Assembly (NCBI GenBank): GCA_964457755.1
Contig: CAYWGC010000001.1
Span: 128,332-192,331 of the forward strand
Direction: 5' to 3'
DNA length: 64,000 bases
Source: an uncultured Thermodesulfobacteriota bacterium
GTDB lineage: Bacteria; Desulfobacterota; Anaeroferrophillalia; Anaeroferrophillales; Tharpellaceae
Under the pieces are notes generated by a model. That model saw nothing but the letters and a program-made list of their open reading frames with translations, had not been told where the DNA came from and did not search any database. The position numbers and the translations under genes were made by a program. Shown here piece after piece: positions 46,068-56,356 of this stretch. How positions within the stretch are numbered: the first letter of the stretch is position 1; every line of letters begins with the position of its first letter.

Positions 46068-48968
46068 ATGAAACATCGCACCGGTAAAAATTTTTTCCTA
46101 AGAATAATATTTCCGACTCTGCTCGCCATCCTTCTCTTTGTCACCTCCATGTTTTTCATTATCATTCCTTTATTGGAAGGGGAATTGATGGAGGACAAAA
46201 GGGAGCTGATCCGAAAACTCACAAATTCCGCATGGAGCCTTATGGAAGAGCATTACAATCAGGAGAAGGAAGGTCTTTTGACTAAGCCCGAGGCCCAAAA
46301 AAGAGCCATACAGGCAATCCGGAGTCTGCGTTACGGAGATCAAAGAAAGGATTATTTCTGGATAACCGACTCCACTCCAACCTTGATAATGCATCCCTAT
46401 CGGGACGATTTGATCGGCACCGATCTTTCAGAGTACACCGATAAAAATGACAAAAAACTGTTTCGTGAAATAGTCGAGATTGCACAAAAATATGGGGACG
46501 GCTTTATTGACTACTATTGGCAGTGGCAAGATGACCAGACGAAAATCGTCCCTAAAGTCTCCTACGTCAAGAGTTTTACTCCCTGGGATTGGATTATCGG
46601 TACCGGGATCTATCTGGATGATGTCGAAGTGGAAATCGATGCCATGAGCAGCACGATAACCAAGATATCTTTTTTCATAACCCTCCTTATCGCTCTAATG
46701 CTCTTTTACATTACCCTAGAAAGCCGGAAAATTGAGAAAAACCGGGCCCAGGCAGAAACCGGTCTTAAAGAATCCGAGAAAAAATACCGAGCCCTGGTTG
46801 AAGCTTCCACCGAAGGTGTTTTGATGTTCATTGAGGGCCATCTGGTCTACAGCAACAAACCAGTTTTGGAGATGCTTGGCTATAGCGAAGGACTCACTGA
46901 AACCGATCTAGAGGCTATTTTCAGTCGGGATAGAGAGAGTTATCAAGCTGTCCAAGAGGTTCTCAAAAATCCCCAAGCGGGCCGCAATTTTGAAGCTAAA
47001 GTGCTGACAGCCCACAACAACTTGCTGGAGACCCAGATTTCGGCCGCCAACATAACCCTTGAAAACCAGCAAGGGATTATTCTAACCCTCAAAGACATCA
47101 GTAAAAACAAGAAAATAGAGGAAAAATTAGGGCTCAGTCAACAACGCTACCTGTCTCTTACCGACAACCTGCATATTGGAGTTTTTCGCATAGATGCTTC
47201 GAAAAAAGGAAATTTCATTGACGTCAACCCGGCAATGGCCAAGATCTTCGGCTTTGCAAACCACGAACAACTTTTCCAGACCCCCTTTTCACAACTATTT
47301 ACGGAACCCCACGACTGGGAAAATCTGAAGGCCCAAGTCAAAGAAAAAGGCTTTGTGAAAAAGAGTGTTCTCCCCTTAAAGAGAGATGATGGGAGCCTCA
47401 CAGTGATCTCGATTTCAATGCGAAAGATCTTGAATGATGAAGGCATCATTGAAGATTTTGAAGGCATCATTGAAGATATAAGCGAACGAGTAAAGGACGA
47501 ACAGGAGCGTGAAAACCTCATCGTTGAACTCCAGACCTCACTCCTCTTCATCAATCAACCAATCAAAGAATTTACCACCCCGCCCCTGACCTGCAAAATG
47601 AACTCTACTATCCTCAAAGCTGCCGGGATCATGAAAAAGCATCACCAAAGTGCACTTCTTATTCAGTCTGAAACGGGTGATGATCTTGGCATCGTCACCG
47701 ATTACGACATCTCCCATCGAGTCGTCGCCGAAAATATGGCCCTGGAAACTCCAGTTTATCAAATCATGAGCTCCCCGATTATTTCCGTGCCGGATGATGC
47801 TCTGGTCTTCGAAGCCGCCCTGCTCATCCAGGAAGAATTTATCAGCCATTTGTTCACAAAAGGAGAAGATGGCCGGGTCAACGGCATTATTGAAAATCGG
47901 GATCTGCTTCACTTTCACCAATATTCATCTTCACTCCTAATTCGGGAAATCCATGATGCTGAATCGGTCGAAACTCTGGCTGAGGCCCATACGCGACTAC
48001 CGAGACTGATCAAAACCTTGATCGATAGTGGCGCAAAATCGGAAAACATCACCAAACTGATCAGTAAGGTTTCCGATCTGATCAACGAAAAAATCATTGC
48101 TTTTGCAATTGAGGAACTCGGGCCTGCCCCGACCGAGTTTTCATTTTTAGCTTTAGGCAGCGAAGGACGCTCTGAACAAACCTTGGTAACCGACCAGGAT
48201 AATGCCATTATTTATGAAGATGTTGAGGAGGATAAAAAGGAGGCGGTCCAAGCTTATTTCTTGTCGCTGGGGGAAAAAATTTGCAAAAATCTAGATCAGG
48301 TTGGCTATAGTCTCTGCGAAGGCGAAATCATGGCAATGAACCCCAAATGGTGTCAGCCCATCTCCTCTTGGAAAGATTATTTCCATCACTGGATAACCGC
48401 AGCGAGCGCCCAAGACCTACTGGAGATCAATATTTTCTTTGATTTCAGAAGTCTCCATGGAACCCGCCGACTTACCGATGAGTTACGACAATATATTAAT
48501 GACTTACTGCAACAACACACTCTTTTTTTCATCACTTTTGCCCAAAACGTTCTGCAGTATAAGCCACCCATAGATTTTTTCGGCAAGATTGTAGTGGGTT
48601 TGTCGGATGAAAAACCTAAATCTTTCAATATCAAAGACGCTATGAAACTCCTCTTGAACTTTGCCAGAATCTATTCCCTGGAATATAATGTCAGCGAAAC
48701 CAACACCCTTTTACGAATAAAAAAACTCTATGAACTCGGGGCCATCAAAGAAAGCACCTATAGAGAGACCACCGGGGTCTATAATTATCTGATGCAGAGC
48801 CGCTTAAAACATCAGATTATCATGATGGACGGCCACTTACCTCCAGATAATTTCATCGATCCCAAAAGCCTAACCGACATTGAGCTGGCAATGCTCAAGA
48901 GAGCCCTTTCCCATCTGGCTGAAATTCAGGCAAAAGTCAGTTCCCACTTCAAAGTAAGTAGTGGGTAA
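46068..48968 (+). CDS. Multidomain signalling protein: TM-Cache-TM, two PAS domains, tandem CBS domains, and C-terminal DUF294 putative nucleotidyltransferase domains
   Basis: Cache motif YFWITDSTPTLIMHPYRDDLIGTD; PAS region; CBS pair; DUF294-like LALGSEGRSEQTLVTDQDNAIIYED. Confidence 0.7.
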   Translation: MKHRTGKNFFLRIIFPTLLAILLFVTSMFFIIIPLLEGELMEDKRELIRKLTNSAWSLMEEHYNQEKEGLLTKPEAQKRAIQAIRSLRYGDQRKDYFWITDSTPTLIMHPYRDDLIGTDLSEYTDKNDKKLFREIVEIAQKYGDGFIDYYWQWQDDQTKIVPKVSYVKSFTPWDWIIGTGIYLDDVEVEIDAMSSTITKISFFITLLIALMLFYITLESRKIEKNRAQAETGLKESEKKYRALVEASTEGVLMFIEGHLVYSNKPVLEMLGYSEGLTETDLEAIFSRDRESYQAVQEVLKNPQAGRNFEAKVLTAHNNLLETQISAANITLENQQGIILTLKDISKNKKIEEKLGLSQQRYLSLTDNLHIGVFRIDASKKGNFIDVNPAMAKIFGFANHEQLFQTPFSQLFTEPHDWENLKAQVKEKGFVKKSVLPLKRDDGSLTVISISMRKILNDEGIIEDFEGIIEDISERVKDEQERENLIVELQTSLLFINQPIKEFTTPPLTCKMNSTILKAAGIMKKHHQSALLIQSETGDDLGIVTDYDISHRVVAENMALETPVYQIMSSPIISVPDDALVFEAALLIQEEFISHLFTKGEDGRVNGIIENRDLLHFHQYSSSLLIREIHDAESVETLAEAHTRLPRLIKTLIDSGAKSENITKLISKVSDLINEKIIAFAIEELGPAPTEFSFLALGSEGRSEQTLVTDQDNAIIYEDVEEDKKEAVQAYFLSLGEKICKNLDQVGYSLCEGEIMAMNPKWCQPISSWKDYFHHWITAASAQDLLEINIFFDFRSLHGTRRLTDELRQYINDLLQQHTLFFITFAQNVLQYKPPIDFFGKIVVGLSDEKPKSFNIKDAMKLLLNFARIYSLEYNVSETNTLLRIKKLYELGAIKESTYRETTGVYNYLMQSRLKHQIIMMDGHLPPDNFIDPKSLTDIELAMLKRALSHLAEIQAKVSSHFKVSSG

Positions 48969-49196
48969 ACAAAAACACAACCGGTAGACAAGCGCAACTT
49001 CCATCACCTGTAACCTTTCCTGGCCATCAACCACAATCAATTAAGATATGAATAAAACCTCACTTACAATCATAACCTCTTCCAATTTATGCCTACGGCC
49101 TTAATCCCTGCAGGGCAAACTTTGAATTCAAAAGAGCATTTTGACTTTCAGCTAACTGAAGATATAATTGTTGAATAATTTTTGCGCATAACGACC

Positions 49197-49240
49197 GGGT
49201 TCACGTGTGTCTGAGCGAAACGAAAACACACGTGAACCCA
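49197..49240. repeat. 14-bp perfect inverted repeat GGGTTCACGTGTGT...ACACACGTGAACCC (15-nt loop) between convergent genes; terminator or islet boundary
   Basis: Seen directly; contains a CACGTG core. Confidence 0.55.
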
Positions 49241-49262
49241 TGGTTATAGATTACTTTTTTTC

Positions 49263-50072
49263 TTAGGACAAATCTGCAGCTGTATCAGCGAATAAGCTTT
49301 GAAGGTCTTTTGCTTCTCGCTCGGTTTGTCCTCCATGCTTCAAAAATGTATTGATGATGATTTGGGTTTTTTCTTCTTTAGCTCGTTCCAAGAAATAAAT
49401 TAGTTCGGTTTCAGTACCTTTTTGTTCATCCACAATAGATTTAGATATGATATCTTTATACATAACAATATCTCGTAGTTCCCAGGTTCTTGCAACTGAG
49501 AGTATTTGATCTAGAAAGCTATTTAAATCTGAGCTTGAAACATATTGGGTAATGATGTTTAAACTTTCGGCCTGTTGCGAGGTGAAGTCTATACCTGTCA
49601 ATAATGCTTGTAGCGCTTTGCCTTTACCCATACGACGTGCAAACTGTACGGCACCTTGTCCACCTGTTGGAATATTGACATATAATTCAGGCTGAGCAAA
49701 AACAGCATTTTCAGTGCCATAAGCTAGATCGCATGCCATGGTAAATTCATTTCCTCCTCCACGAGCAACACCATCGACAACGGCGATAGAAAGTTGTTTG
49801 ATTTCTTTTATATTGTTGATCATGTGACTAAATTGAATACATGCACTTTGTCCATCTTGTGTGCCATTAATTATATTGAGGTCTAGATGAGCAATAAAAA
49901 ATTGTTCATGAGCAGACTTAAATACAACTACTTTTGTGCTGCTATCATTTTTTAATGAAAGAATAAATTCATTCAACTCATTAATTAAATCAATTGTCAA
50001 TATATTTACTGGTGGATTACTAATCACTACAGTAGCAACACCTAGCTCGTTTGTGATATTTAATTTCTTCAT
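49263..50072 (-). CDS. Enoyl-CoA hydratase/isomerase (crotonase-fold) family protein in a markedly AT-rich (about 36% GC) segment
   Basis: Crotonase motifs (VVISNPPVN, AVVDGVARGGGNEF). Composition contrasts with flanking DNA at about 50% GC. Confidence 0.75.
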   Translation of the reverse strand: MKKLNITNELGVATVVISNPPVNILTIDLINELNEFILSLKNDSSTKVVVFKSAHEQFFIAHLDLNIINGTQDGQSACIQFSHMINNIKEIKQLSIAVVDGVARGGGNEFTMACDLAYGTENAVFAQPELYVNIPTGGQGAVQFARRMGKGKALQALLTGIDFTSQQAESLNIITQYVSSSDLNSFLDQILSVARTWELRDIVMYKDIISKSIVDEQKGTETELIYFLERAKEEKTQIIINTFLKHGGQTEREAKDLQSLFADTAADLS

Positions 50073-50314
50073 TTTGATCTCCTTAATTTTTTATTGAGGA
50101 TATTTAAGCAACATTATGGTGTATTCGCCTTACGTTAAATATCATATCATAAACGCGATAGCGATCTATAGAGCAGTATACATAAAGATATCCACCACCT
50201 GAAGAGTCTTGTTCGTATTGCTCACTCAAGACACAAAGACGCCAGGAAAAACTATAAGACAACTTGATTGTTTGATCTCTTTACTTCTTGGTATCTTTGC
50301 GGGAAACATCACAT

Positions 50315-51877
50315 TTAATTGGTCTCGACTTTAAGATCTTTTTTCAAGATTTTTCCTGTCGCACTCATCGGCAGAGAGCCCCGGATATCAACAATGCGAG
50401 GGTACTTATAGGCCGCCATCTGCTCTTTCGACCAAGCAATAATCTCTTCAGGTGTCGCCAGGGCTCCCTCTTTAAGCACAACTACCGCTTTAACCTCTTC
50501 ACCATGCTGTTCATGCGGCACCCCGATAACCGCGACCAGCGAAATCGCCGGATGAGTCAGTAACACCTCCTCAAGCTCACGGGGATAAACATTAAATCCA
50601 CCCCTGATAACCATATCCTTAACCCGATCAACGATATAGAAAAAACCATCCTCATCCATTTTTCCCAGATCACCGGTATGAAACCATTTGCCGCCCTTGA
50701 AGGCTTTGGCGGTCTCCTCCGGTTTGTTGTAATAGCCTTTCATAATATTATGGCCACTGATAACAACTTCACCAACCTCACCAACCGGAACCTCTTGATC
50801 TTGTTTGTTAAAAATTTTGACCTCAATCCCCCATATTGGGAAACCAATAGAGCCCGGTTTACAGGGTCTATGAGTTTGGTTGAAGGTTGCAACCGGGCAG
50901 GTCTCCGAAAGACCGTAACCTTCAAGTATCGGCAGCTGATATTTTTCCTGGTATTGTTTGATGATTTCAACCGGCAACGCGGCACCACCGGAGACTCCTA
51001 TACGTAAATTTTTACGAATCACGGCAAAATCAAAAAGACCCTCTTTATCCTCAAAATTGAGCAACATCCAATACATCGTTGGAACCCCGATAAAAATCGA
51101 GGCCTTATAATTCTGGATAGCAGCAAATACAGCTTCCGGAATAAATTTGGCGAGCAGAACAATTGTACAACCATTCATAAAAGAGGCATTCATCTGCACG
51201 GTCTGCCCAAATGAGTGGAAAAGGGGCAGACACACAACCTGAATATCATCTTCCCTCATTGAGACAATATCACGACTGGCAATTGCATTCATAACCATAC
51301 CAGAATGAGACAACTCTGCCCCTTTGGGAAAACCTGTAGTCCCAGAGGTGTACAAAATAACCGCGCTATCATCTGCATTAGTCGCGACCGACTCAAACTC
51401 ATCGTCCTGAGAAACCATCATCATGCCTAAAGTTTCAGCCCCGGCAAGAGGAGATGGTGCAGCCGGGTCAGCCGTTATAAGCCAGAAGTGTTCACATGAT
51501 TCAGTTTCCTGAAAAGCCTTAAAACCATATTCACCCATCGGCAGTTCCGGAGTTCCCTCAAAACAGAAAAAGGCTTTGGCATCGCTATCTTTCAGATGAT
51601 AAGCAATCTCCCGGCTTTTAGACAAAACACTAATCGGCACAACTACAGCCCCGGCTTTCAAAATGGCATAGTAGACCATCGAGAAATAGGGCAGGTTGAG
51701 ACAACTCAAAACAACCTTATCGCCTTTGCCCACGCCAGCCGCAACCAGACCATTGGCGATTTTGCAGCAAAACATATTAAGCTGAGAGAAAGTAATCTTT
51801 TGTTCACCAAAAATAATTGCCACTTTATCGGGCTGTTGGGATGCACTGTAATCTAAAACTGAGGCTAGGTTAAGCAT
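50315..51877 (-). CDS. AMP-forming acyl-CoA synthetase/ligase (fatty-acid or aromatic-acid CoA ligase class)
   Basis: AMP-binding motif YTSGTTGFPKGA; GEVGEVVISG...GY; TGD...DGFFYIVDRVKDMV; the C-terminal Lys. Confidence 0.85.
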   Translation of the reverse strand: MLNLASVLDYSASQQPDKVAIIFGEQKITFSQLNMFCCKIANGLVAAGVGKGDKVVLSCLNLPYFSMVYYAILKAGAVVVPISVLSKSREIAYHLKDSDAKAFFCFEGTPELPMGEYGFKAFQETESCEHFWLITADPAAPSPLAGAETLGMMMVSQDDEFESVATNADDSAVILYTSGTTGFPKGAELSHSGMVMNAIASRDIVSMREDDIQVVCLPLFHSFGQTVQMNASFMNGCTIVLLAKFIPEAVFAAIQNYKASIFIGVPTMYWMLLNFEDKEGLFDFAVIRKNLRIGVSGGAALPVEIIKQYQEKYQLPILEGYGLSETCPVATFNQTHRPCKPGSIGFPIWGIEVKIFNKQDQEVPVGEVGEVVISGHNIMKGYYNKPEETAKAFKGGKWFHTGDLGKMDEDGFFYIVDRVKDMVIRGGFNVYPRELEEVLLTHPAISLVAVIGVPHEQHGEEVKAVVVLKEGALATPEEIIAWSKEQMAAYKYPRIVDIRGSLPMSATGKILKKDLKVETN

Positions 51878-51922
51878 TTCATACTCCTGTAAATTTGGTT
51901 AGTAATTTATCAATTTATTTTG

Positions 51923-54856
51923 CTACCAGGCTTTATCGTAAATCTCCTTGAAATCAGCCAAAGAGTAGAGAATCGGATTAGCGCCGGAAGCTAGGTCATT
52001 AGACGCATGGGCAACCAGCTCGGGAATATCGTCTTTACTGATTTTGATCCGACAGACATCGGCAAGTTCGGTGACCGTTTTCGGTACTCCGATACTCTCC
52101 ATGAGAATTTTAACCGCTCCGACAGCCTTGTCGGCAGCAGCATCGACACTTAAACCAGCCGTATCGACACCCATCGCCTGAGCAATTTCCGCCATCAGCT
52201 CGGGCACCGCCGACTTGTTCCTGGTCATAACGTAAGGCAGCATAATCGCGTTGGCATTACCATGGGGCATACTGTAAATTGCCCCAAGCGCATGCGCCAA
52301 AGAGTGAGCATTACCAAGTTGGGCGCTGTTAAAGGCGAGACCGGCACTGTACTGAGCCTGACACATAATGTCGCGAGCTTCCAAATCATCGCCATTTTCT
52401 ACAGCGCGGGGCAGAGCTTTAGCGATCATTTTGATGGCACCCAAAGCCAGACCCTGAGCATAGGGAGTCGTAAGCTTAGAGGTGTAGGATTCAATCGCAT
52501 GAGTCAAGGCATCCATCCCCGTCCCGGCCGTGATGTGAGGCGGCATGGAACGAGTCAGTAAAGGATCATTAACGGCAACGATAGGCAATAGTTTTGGGTC
52601 GACAATCGGGGCTTTGAGGTGGCGTTCAGGATCAGAAATAACCGCCACAACTGTGGCCTCAGCTCCGGTTCCCGAAGTCGTATTGACCGCAACCAATACC
52701 GGACCCGACTGCCAAACTCCAAACAGTCCCATGTAATCGACAATACTGCCGGGATTATTGACCATTACGCCGATGGCCTTGGCACAATCATGCGGGCTAC
52801 CGCCGCCAAGAGAAACCAGACAATCACACTTTTCCTGACGAAAAACATCAAGACCTTCCTCAACATTGGTAACTGTAGGATTGGGCTGAGTTCCGTCATA
52901 AACAGCGTAATCGAAAAATTTAGCATCCATAGCATCTGTAAGAATTTCAAGGATGCCAACATCAACCACCCCTTTATCGGTAACAATCAAAGCTTTTTTC
53001 AAACCCATAGCTGCAAGATTATCAGGCACCAGCATATGGCAGCCCTCCCCCATCAAAGCTATCGGTGGGGCAAAGGCCATTTTCGTATTACCCATAATTT
53101 TAAGAATGATGCCAGTATGGTTATGGACTTCGTCAAGGATCTCTTCCGGTACATCGAAAACTGAGTTATGCGGAGGCAGGGCCTCTTTAGTCATCCATTC
53201 CGGCAGGCGATCATCTTTGCTCGTAAAACCGGCTCTTCGATTAAAATCCCGCTCCATCCGCAAAATGCGAATGCCGAAGGCGGCAAACGTATTTTCATTA
53301 AAACCAAGTCCGGTAAAGGCACTCATGCTTTCCAGAATATATTTAATAACTTCGGGTTTGTCTATAGAGGCCATTCCCAAGAAAAGACAAAAACCGGTGG
53401 TATCAAATGCAGCGGCACTGATCTGAGCCACAGCTGAAGGCAAAAGTTGATTATCCTTATCTAAAGGGCCGGAAGATGGCTCCAAGCCAAACAAGTGATT
53501 ACCCAACGTAAAACCGGCAGTATGATCAGCACCCATAGTTGACGTGGCATACGTAACCCCCATCCCCTTCATAGCCCGGGGATCGTAGGCAGGCATCGCC
53601 TGGCCTTTCATCACCGGTGCCCGTTCAACGCCGTAATGTTTAGCCACGGTCGCCGTTCCGGAACCGAATAGGCGGCCTTTATCCGTCCCCTTGCCAATCT
53701 CCAAGAGAAGTTTAAGTACGCCTTGGGCATCACCAAATGCCAGTTCACCGGCTTCCATAAGCACACCCATGGTGCAGCCGGTCTCGATCGTATCCAGACC
53801 AAAATCATCATTTAAGCGATCCATCCGAGCAATCGCATCGAGATCGGCAATCCCGCAATTACCGCCATGCGCCCAGAGGGTTTCATATTCCGGTTGTTTA
53901 CTGACAAAGTTACCATCTTTATCATTGAACGTGCCGGAACATTTAATTATACACCCATTATGACAGGCGTGCGTCGCTGCACCTTTACCGCCGCGCTCCT
54001 CTTCAAGCGCAGACAGGGTTGGCCCGTTGATAGCATCAGCCTGATCAAATTGCCCCTTGGAACAGTTGTAAGCGGGAAAGCATCCGGCTTGATTAGTAAT
54101 ATCCATCAAAATTGCAGTGCCATAAGCCGGCAGGCCCTGGCCGGTCATTTCGGAAGAACGCACAGTCTCTGCCAATTTACGGTTGGCCTCCTTAAAAGCT
54201 TCAGGAGCAACCGGCTTACGCAGAGAGCTACCGTTGGAATCGACCACGATAACCTTAATTCCTTTAGCCCCCATAACTGCACCAACTCCACCTCGAGCCG
54301 CATGCCGGGTTGGCCGAAAATCAGTATCCGTAAAAGCTACAGTAGAGTTAGCAAGACCCTGTTCACCCGCCGGGCCGATGCTGATCATCGCCACCTTGGC
54401 GCCGTGTTCGGTCTTTATTTTTTCAGCCAGATCGTAGTTACCGAGCATCCGATACTCATTACATAAAGAGATCTTAACCCCACTCTTATCGATAATAATT
54501 TTGTAAAGGTCATCATTCTTTCTTTCGCCTTCCAGAACTACGGCTGCATATCCCAACCGAGCTAGATATTGAGAGGCCTGCCCACCGGTGTTGGCCTCCT
54601 TGATGCCGCCGGTTAACGGACTTTTACAACCAACGGAAAGTCTACCCGAAGTAGTCGCCGCCGAACCGCTCATCATACCCGGCGCTAAAATCAGCTTATT
54701 TTCCGAACCTAAAGGGTCACATTGAGGAGGCACCTCCTCCCAAACTATTGTTGAAGTCATGGCCCGCCCGCCAAGGCCAGAGTAACGTCCAACCGAACTG
54801 ATTGTTACAGCGGGGCCACCCATGGTGCCAACATCGATCCGCAAAATATTTTCCAT
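51923..54856 (-). CDS. Fusion protein: tungsten-type aldehyde:ferredoxin oxidoreductase (AOR, N-terminal about 600 aa) plus iron-containing alcohol dehydrogenase (Fe-ADH, C-terminal about 380 aa)
   Basis: Single uninterrupted ORF. AOR motifs (N-terminal LRIDVGT, pterin/4Fe-4S cysteines, ...GxDxxxxG). Then Fe-ADH motifs (GGGSPHDCAKAIG; metal-binding His cluster HAIESYT / GNAHSLAHALG). Start moved to the ATG at 54856 with an AGGAGA RBS. Confidence 0.7.
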   Translation of the reverse strand: MENILRIDVGTMGGPAVTISSVGRYSGLGGRAMTSTIVWEEVPPQCDPLGSENKLILAPGMMSGSAATTSGRLSVGCKSPLTGGIKEANTGGQASQYLARLGYAAVVLEGERKNDDLYKIIIDKSGVKISLCNEYRMLGNYDLAEKIKTEHGAKVAMISIGPAGEQGLANSTVAFTDTDFRPTRHAARGGVGAVMGAKGIKVIVVDSNGSSLRKPVAPEAFKEANRKLAETVRSSEMTGQGLPAYGTAILMDITNQAGCFPAYNCSKGQFDQADAINGPTLSALEEERGGKGAATHACHNGCIIKCSGTFNDKDGNFVSKQPEYETLWAHGGNCGIADLDAIARMDRLNDDFGLDTIETGCTMGVLMEAGELAFGDAQGVLKLLLEIGKGTDKGRLFGSGTATVAKHYGVERAPVMKGQAMPAYDPRAMKGMGVTYATSTMGADHTAGFTLGNHLFGLEPSSGPLDKDNQLLPSAVAQISAAAFDTTGFCLFLGMASIDKPEVIKYILESMSAFTGLGFNENTFAAFGIRILRMERDFNRRAGFTSKDDRLPEWMTKEALPPHNSVFDVPEEILDEVHNHTGIILKIMGNTKMAFAPPIALMGEGCHMLVPDNLAAMGLKKALIVTDKGVVDVGILEILTDAMDAKFFDYAVYDGTQPNPTVTNVEEGLDVFRQEKCDCLVSLGGGSPHDCAKAIGVMVNNPGSIVDYMGLFGVWQSGPVLVAVNTTSGTGAEATVVAVISDPERHLKAPIVDPKLLPIVAVNDPLLTRSMPPHITAGTGMDALTHAIESYTSKLTTPYAQGLALGAIKMIAKALPRAVENGDDLEARDIMCQAQYSAGLAFNSAQLGNAHSLAHALGAIYSMPHGNANAIMLPYVMTRNKSAVPELMAEIAQAMGVDTAGLSVDAAADKAVGAVKILMESIGVPKTVTELADVCRIKISKDDIPELVAHASNDLASGANPILYSLADFKEIYDKAW

Positions 54857-55269
54857 TCCGATTCTCCTTTTTCCCTGGAATATAAAAAAAACTACGGCGG
54901 GCGCGGCCCGCATCCCAATCAAGTGATTTTAATTAAATTTGAAAAAATACGAACTTTGCTTTCGCCCTCTTGAGAAGTAACTTTAACAGTAAAAGACAAA
55001 ACAATAATATCTACCCATCTACCAACGGCAACATATATGCCACCCATTACAGACCGCTCGACCGACCATTCTACAACATTGTAAAGACGGGATTTCAATT
55101 TACAAGGGTGTCATTAATGACCCTATCTAATAAGAAAATTGCTTTACACATTTGATTTTACAGATAAATACCAGACATTGCCAAAAATGGCGCCAAACGC
55201 ACCCATTATCAATAAAAAAGAAGAAACGGACCACCGAACTATCAGAAAAAGGCGGCTGCCAGGGAGGGA

Positions 55270-55551
55270 TCAAGCTGGAAGTTTATTAATATCTGTAACA
55301 TCTTGTTGCAGAATTTCAATTCCAATACTAGTTACAATCTGATCCGGGGCCAAATCTTTTTCGACCTGACCCATGATGCCGAATATATTTGAAATGCCAC
55401 AGGACACCTGGGTTTTAACAACATTCCTGATAACCGCAACAGTTTTTTCAGAAGATCTTTTTCTCAGGGTTATGGCTGCCATTGGCCCAGATGCCGAACC
55501 GCCGATAATTACTACATCACTTTTTTCATTACTTTCTCTATATAATTTCAA
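55270..55551 (-). pseudogene. N-terminal 93-aa fragment of an FAD-dependent pyridine-nucleotide-disulfide oxidoreductase (truncated)
   Basis: Rossmann dinucleotide motif DVVIIGGSASGPMAA but only 93 codons; about 350 nt of non-coding DNA downstream. Confidence 0.5.
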
Positions 55552-55559
55552 TAGGACGC

Positions 55560-56309
55560 TTAGATGTATAACCCACCATTACAGGAAATAACCTGACCTG
55601 TGATGTAAGACGAATCATCGGAAGAGAGGAATTTGACCAAGTTGGCAACATCCTGAGAGCTTCCGGCACGACCTAAGGGGATCCCCTTGATGATAGACTT
55701 TTTAATATGATCCGGAATAGACTCAGTCATCGGGGTTTCAATAAAACCCGGGGCAACGGCATTTACCATAATTTGATACCGGGCCAGCTCTTTGGCCAGG
55801 GTTTTTGTCATACCGATAACCCCGGCCTTGGAAGCTGCATAGTTGACCTGTCCCACGTTTCCGGTGAGGGCGGTTACTGATGTCAGATTGACAATCCTGC
55901 CGGAGCCTTGCTCCTTCATTATGGCCGCCGCCGCACGGATACAGTAAAAAACCCCTTTGAGGTTAACATCCATAACCTGGTCCCACTCCTGATCACTCAT
56001 TTGCAAAAGCATGTTATCCCTGGTGATACCGGCATTATTAACCAGTATATCCAGATGCTTGAACTCACTTTTAATCTTTGAGAACATCGCATTCACATCC
56101 TCTATCACCCCAACACTCCCGCAACAAACAAGAACTTTTCCGCCAAAACTCTCAATATCCTTGACCAATTTTTCAGCAGCATCAAGATCAACATCGTTAA
56201 TAACAATATCCGCCCCGGCTTGCGCTAGAGTTTTGGCAATGGCCTTACCAATCCCTCTACCACATCCGGTTACCAGAGCGGTTTTGCCGGATAATGATTT
56301 TCTTGTCAT
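55560..56309 (-). CDS. fabG: 3-oxoacyl-[ACP]/acyl-CoA reductase, SDR family (FabG-like)
   Basis: TGxxxGIG cofactor motif (VTGCGRGIGKAIA), NNAG, catalytic YAASKAG. Confidence 0.85.
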   Translation of the reverse strand: MTRKSLSGKTALVTGCGRGIGKAIAKTLAQAGADIVINDVDLDAAEKLVKDIESFGGKVLVCCGSVGVIEDVNAMFSKIKSEFKHLDILVNNAGITRDNMLLQMSDQEWDQVMDVNLKGVFYCIRAAAAIMKEQGSGRIVNLTSVTALTGNVGQVNYAASKAGVIGMTKTLAKELARYQIMVNAVAPGFIETPMTESIPDHIKKSIIKGIPLGRAGSSQDVANLVKFLSSDDSSYITGQVISCNGGLYI

Positions 56310-56356
56310 ATCATCCTCATTTAAAAAGGTTAAAAGTTCGTAATTTATTTACCCTT

